In this document: positions 18,321-24,611 of the stretch, one piece after another
Numbering within the stretch: the first letter of the stretch is position 1
How the letters are laid out: each line of letters begins with the position of its first letter
Source of the DNA: Tubiluchus corallicola
Taxonomy: Eukaryota; Animalia; Priapulida
Assembly (NCBI GenBank): GCA_030141605.1
Contig: JAQGDQ010001812.1
Location: forward strand, 1 to 24,611
Direction of reading: 5' to 3'
DNA length: 24,611 nt
Position numbers and translations under genes: made by a program
The notes under the pieces: generated by a model
What the model was told of the DNA's origin: nothing
Database searches by the model: none
Seen by the model: the letters and a program-made list of their open reading frames with translations, nothing else

Positions 18321-18482
18321 CCTGAATTTATACCACTTTTCTCAAAATTCAGGGGGTTTCTGGTGACTCAAAAAAAACAACATGCATGAGTCAAACGAAT
18401 ATTTTATTATCTGTTTGGAATAAAATTTGGTTTTATTGATCATTCGTTTGATTTCCATTTCAGGAAAACCACGCATGTTGTG

Positions 18483-22568
<4,086 letters not shown>

Positions 22569-22799
22569 GTAATGGAAAAGTTCTCTAAGAAATGCTATAA
22601 GCATATGAATATTACATTATCAAAGTTTATAAGTGTGGTCATGCCAAGTTATATGATCAAAAAGTTTAAAACTCCACCTTCATTTTGGAACAATAAGCCT
22701 TTTCACACTTTCGCTGTGTACATGCGCAGTTGCTATAGGCCAAGGTTAAGTGAACCCCAGCAATGCGTCTTACCTGCAACCGTCACTTGTCATATTGGT

Positions 22800-22856
22800 A
22801 GGCGCCCTAGTGCACTGCCTTGTCCGTGGGTCCATAATACTGTTAAGACGGCCCTG
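22800..22856. mobile_element. Single terminus of a hAT-like MITE
   Basis: GC-rich ggcgccctag...ccataatactgttaagacggccctg. The revcomp end CAGGGCCGTCTTAAC resembles common hAT-MITE TIRs. No partner TIR found. Confidence 0.4.
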
Positions 22857-23607
22857 GAACACACTGAATAATAATTAAGAGAGCTTATAAAGTCCTTTTT
22901 AATTTACATTTAATTTACGTCTGATTAAATTCACAATTGAATGTTTTATTTGGGGTAAAAGGCAGATCTACTGGTTGAAATTTAGTTAGGATCAGACAAA
23001 TTTTAATTGACAATCCGTCCCAGATCTATACAAAGAATATTGTTTACTTTCACGAAATACTTGACCTAGTGTTTTCGACACAAAAATAACAAAAATCAGT
23101 TGTATGGTTGCTTAAACCTAAGAAATTGTAGAGAGAAGTCTATGTTTTTAATGTTTGTTTGCATATGAATTAACGATGCACCTTAATGGGTTTTTTTCAT
23201 TCTTTTCTGTTCTTCTTCTTGCTTTACTTCAAAAAACGCGTGCTATGAGAATAAGCGTGAGGGAAGTACATTTACAATTATGTCTGTAACTCCTGAATTA
23301 CATTGCAAACTTTGTTGATCAATGACAAATTTGCGCAATTTGACACAAACACGTTTCAAGCTGAAGGCCTACTGATCAAGTACTTCATTAAAAGTATTCT
23401 TTTAAAACAAAAGCGTCCGTGTCCTATTGTAAGAAATCGAATATTTTCTTATCTATAGCTAAGACAGTGCTTTTTTAAATTATTTACTCAACTGTAGATG
23501 ATTTTTTTAAAGCTTGGAACATTTGAATTCGTTTTAATTCACGGCGCTTTATGCTGTGTGACGTAAGAAAACTAGAATTAAAGATCCAAACAAAATGTTC
23601 ATCGATA

Positions 23608-24611
<1,004 letters not shown>

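Noticed and set aside
22569-23607. Expected GPCR exon 5 (SYxST...SDK...F.RTVP)
   Set aside because: I found no phase-2 acceptor followed by such a frame. The gene is incomplete in this window.

Overview
AT-rich, microsatellite- and transposon-rich genomic DNA from an invertebrate animal (GT-AG introns, SINE/LINE/MITE debris; possibly a lophotrochozoan, but that is a guess). Two spliced genes sit head-to-head. (1) Minus strand: a complete 4-exon, 410-aa DUF1647-family type II membrane protein, probably glycosyltransferase-like (exons 12209-11685, 8819-8715, 7576-7330, 6665-6310). (2) Plus strand: the 5' part of a class C GPCR (mGluR-like Venus flytrap domain; coding exons 18483-18521, 21139-21323, 21666-21805, 22469-22568). 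Its signal-peptide exon is too short for the ORF track, and its downstream exons are not in the window. The last ~1 kb (23608-24611) is an inverted, damaged copy of GPCR exons 2-3, either a real hairpin-forming duplication or an assembly artefact. Other features: a hAT MITE with an 8-bp TSD, a pogo/Tigger-like MITE, a Meta-domain-like SINE, two abutting 5'-truncated LINE RT fragments, foldback-like minisatellite arrays, and a 215-bp intronic inverted repeat carrying a Penelope-type minimal hammerhead ribozyme motif. No prokaryotic-type system (CRISPR etc.) is supported. All family assignments come from motif recognition by eye, not from database searches.
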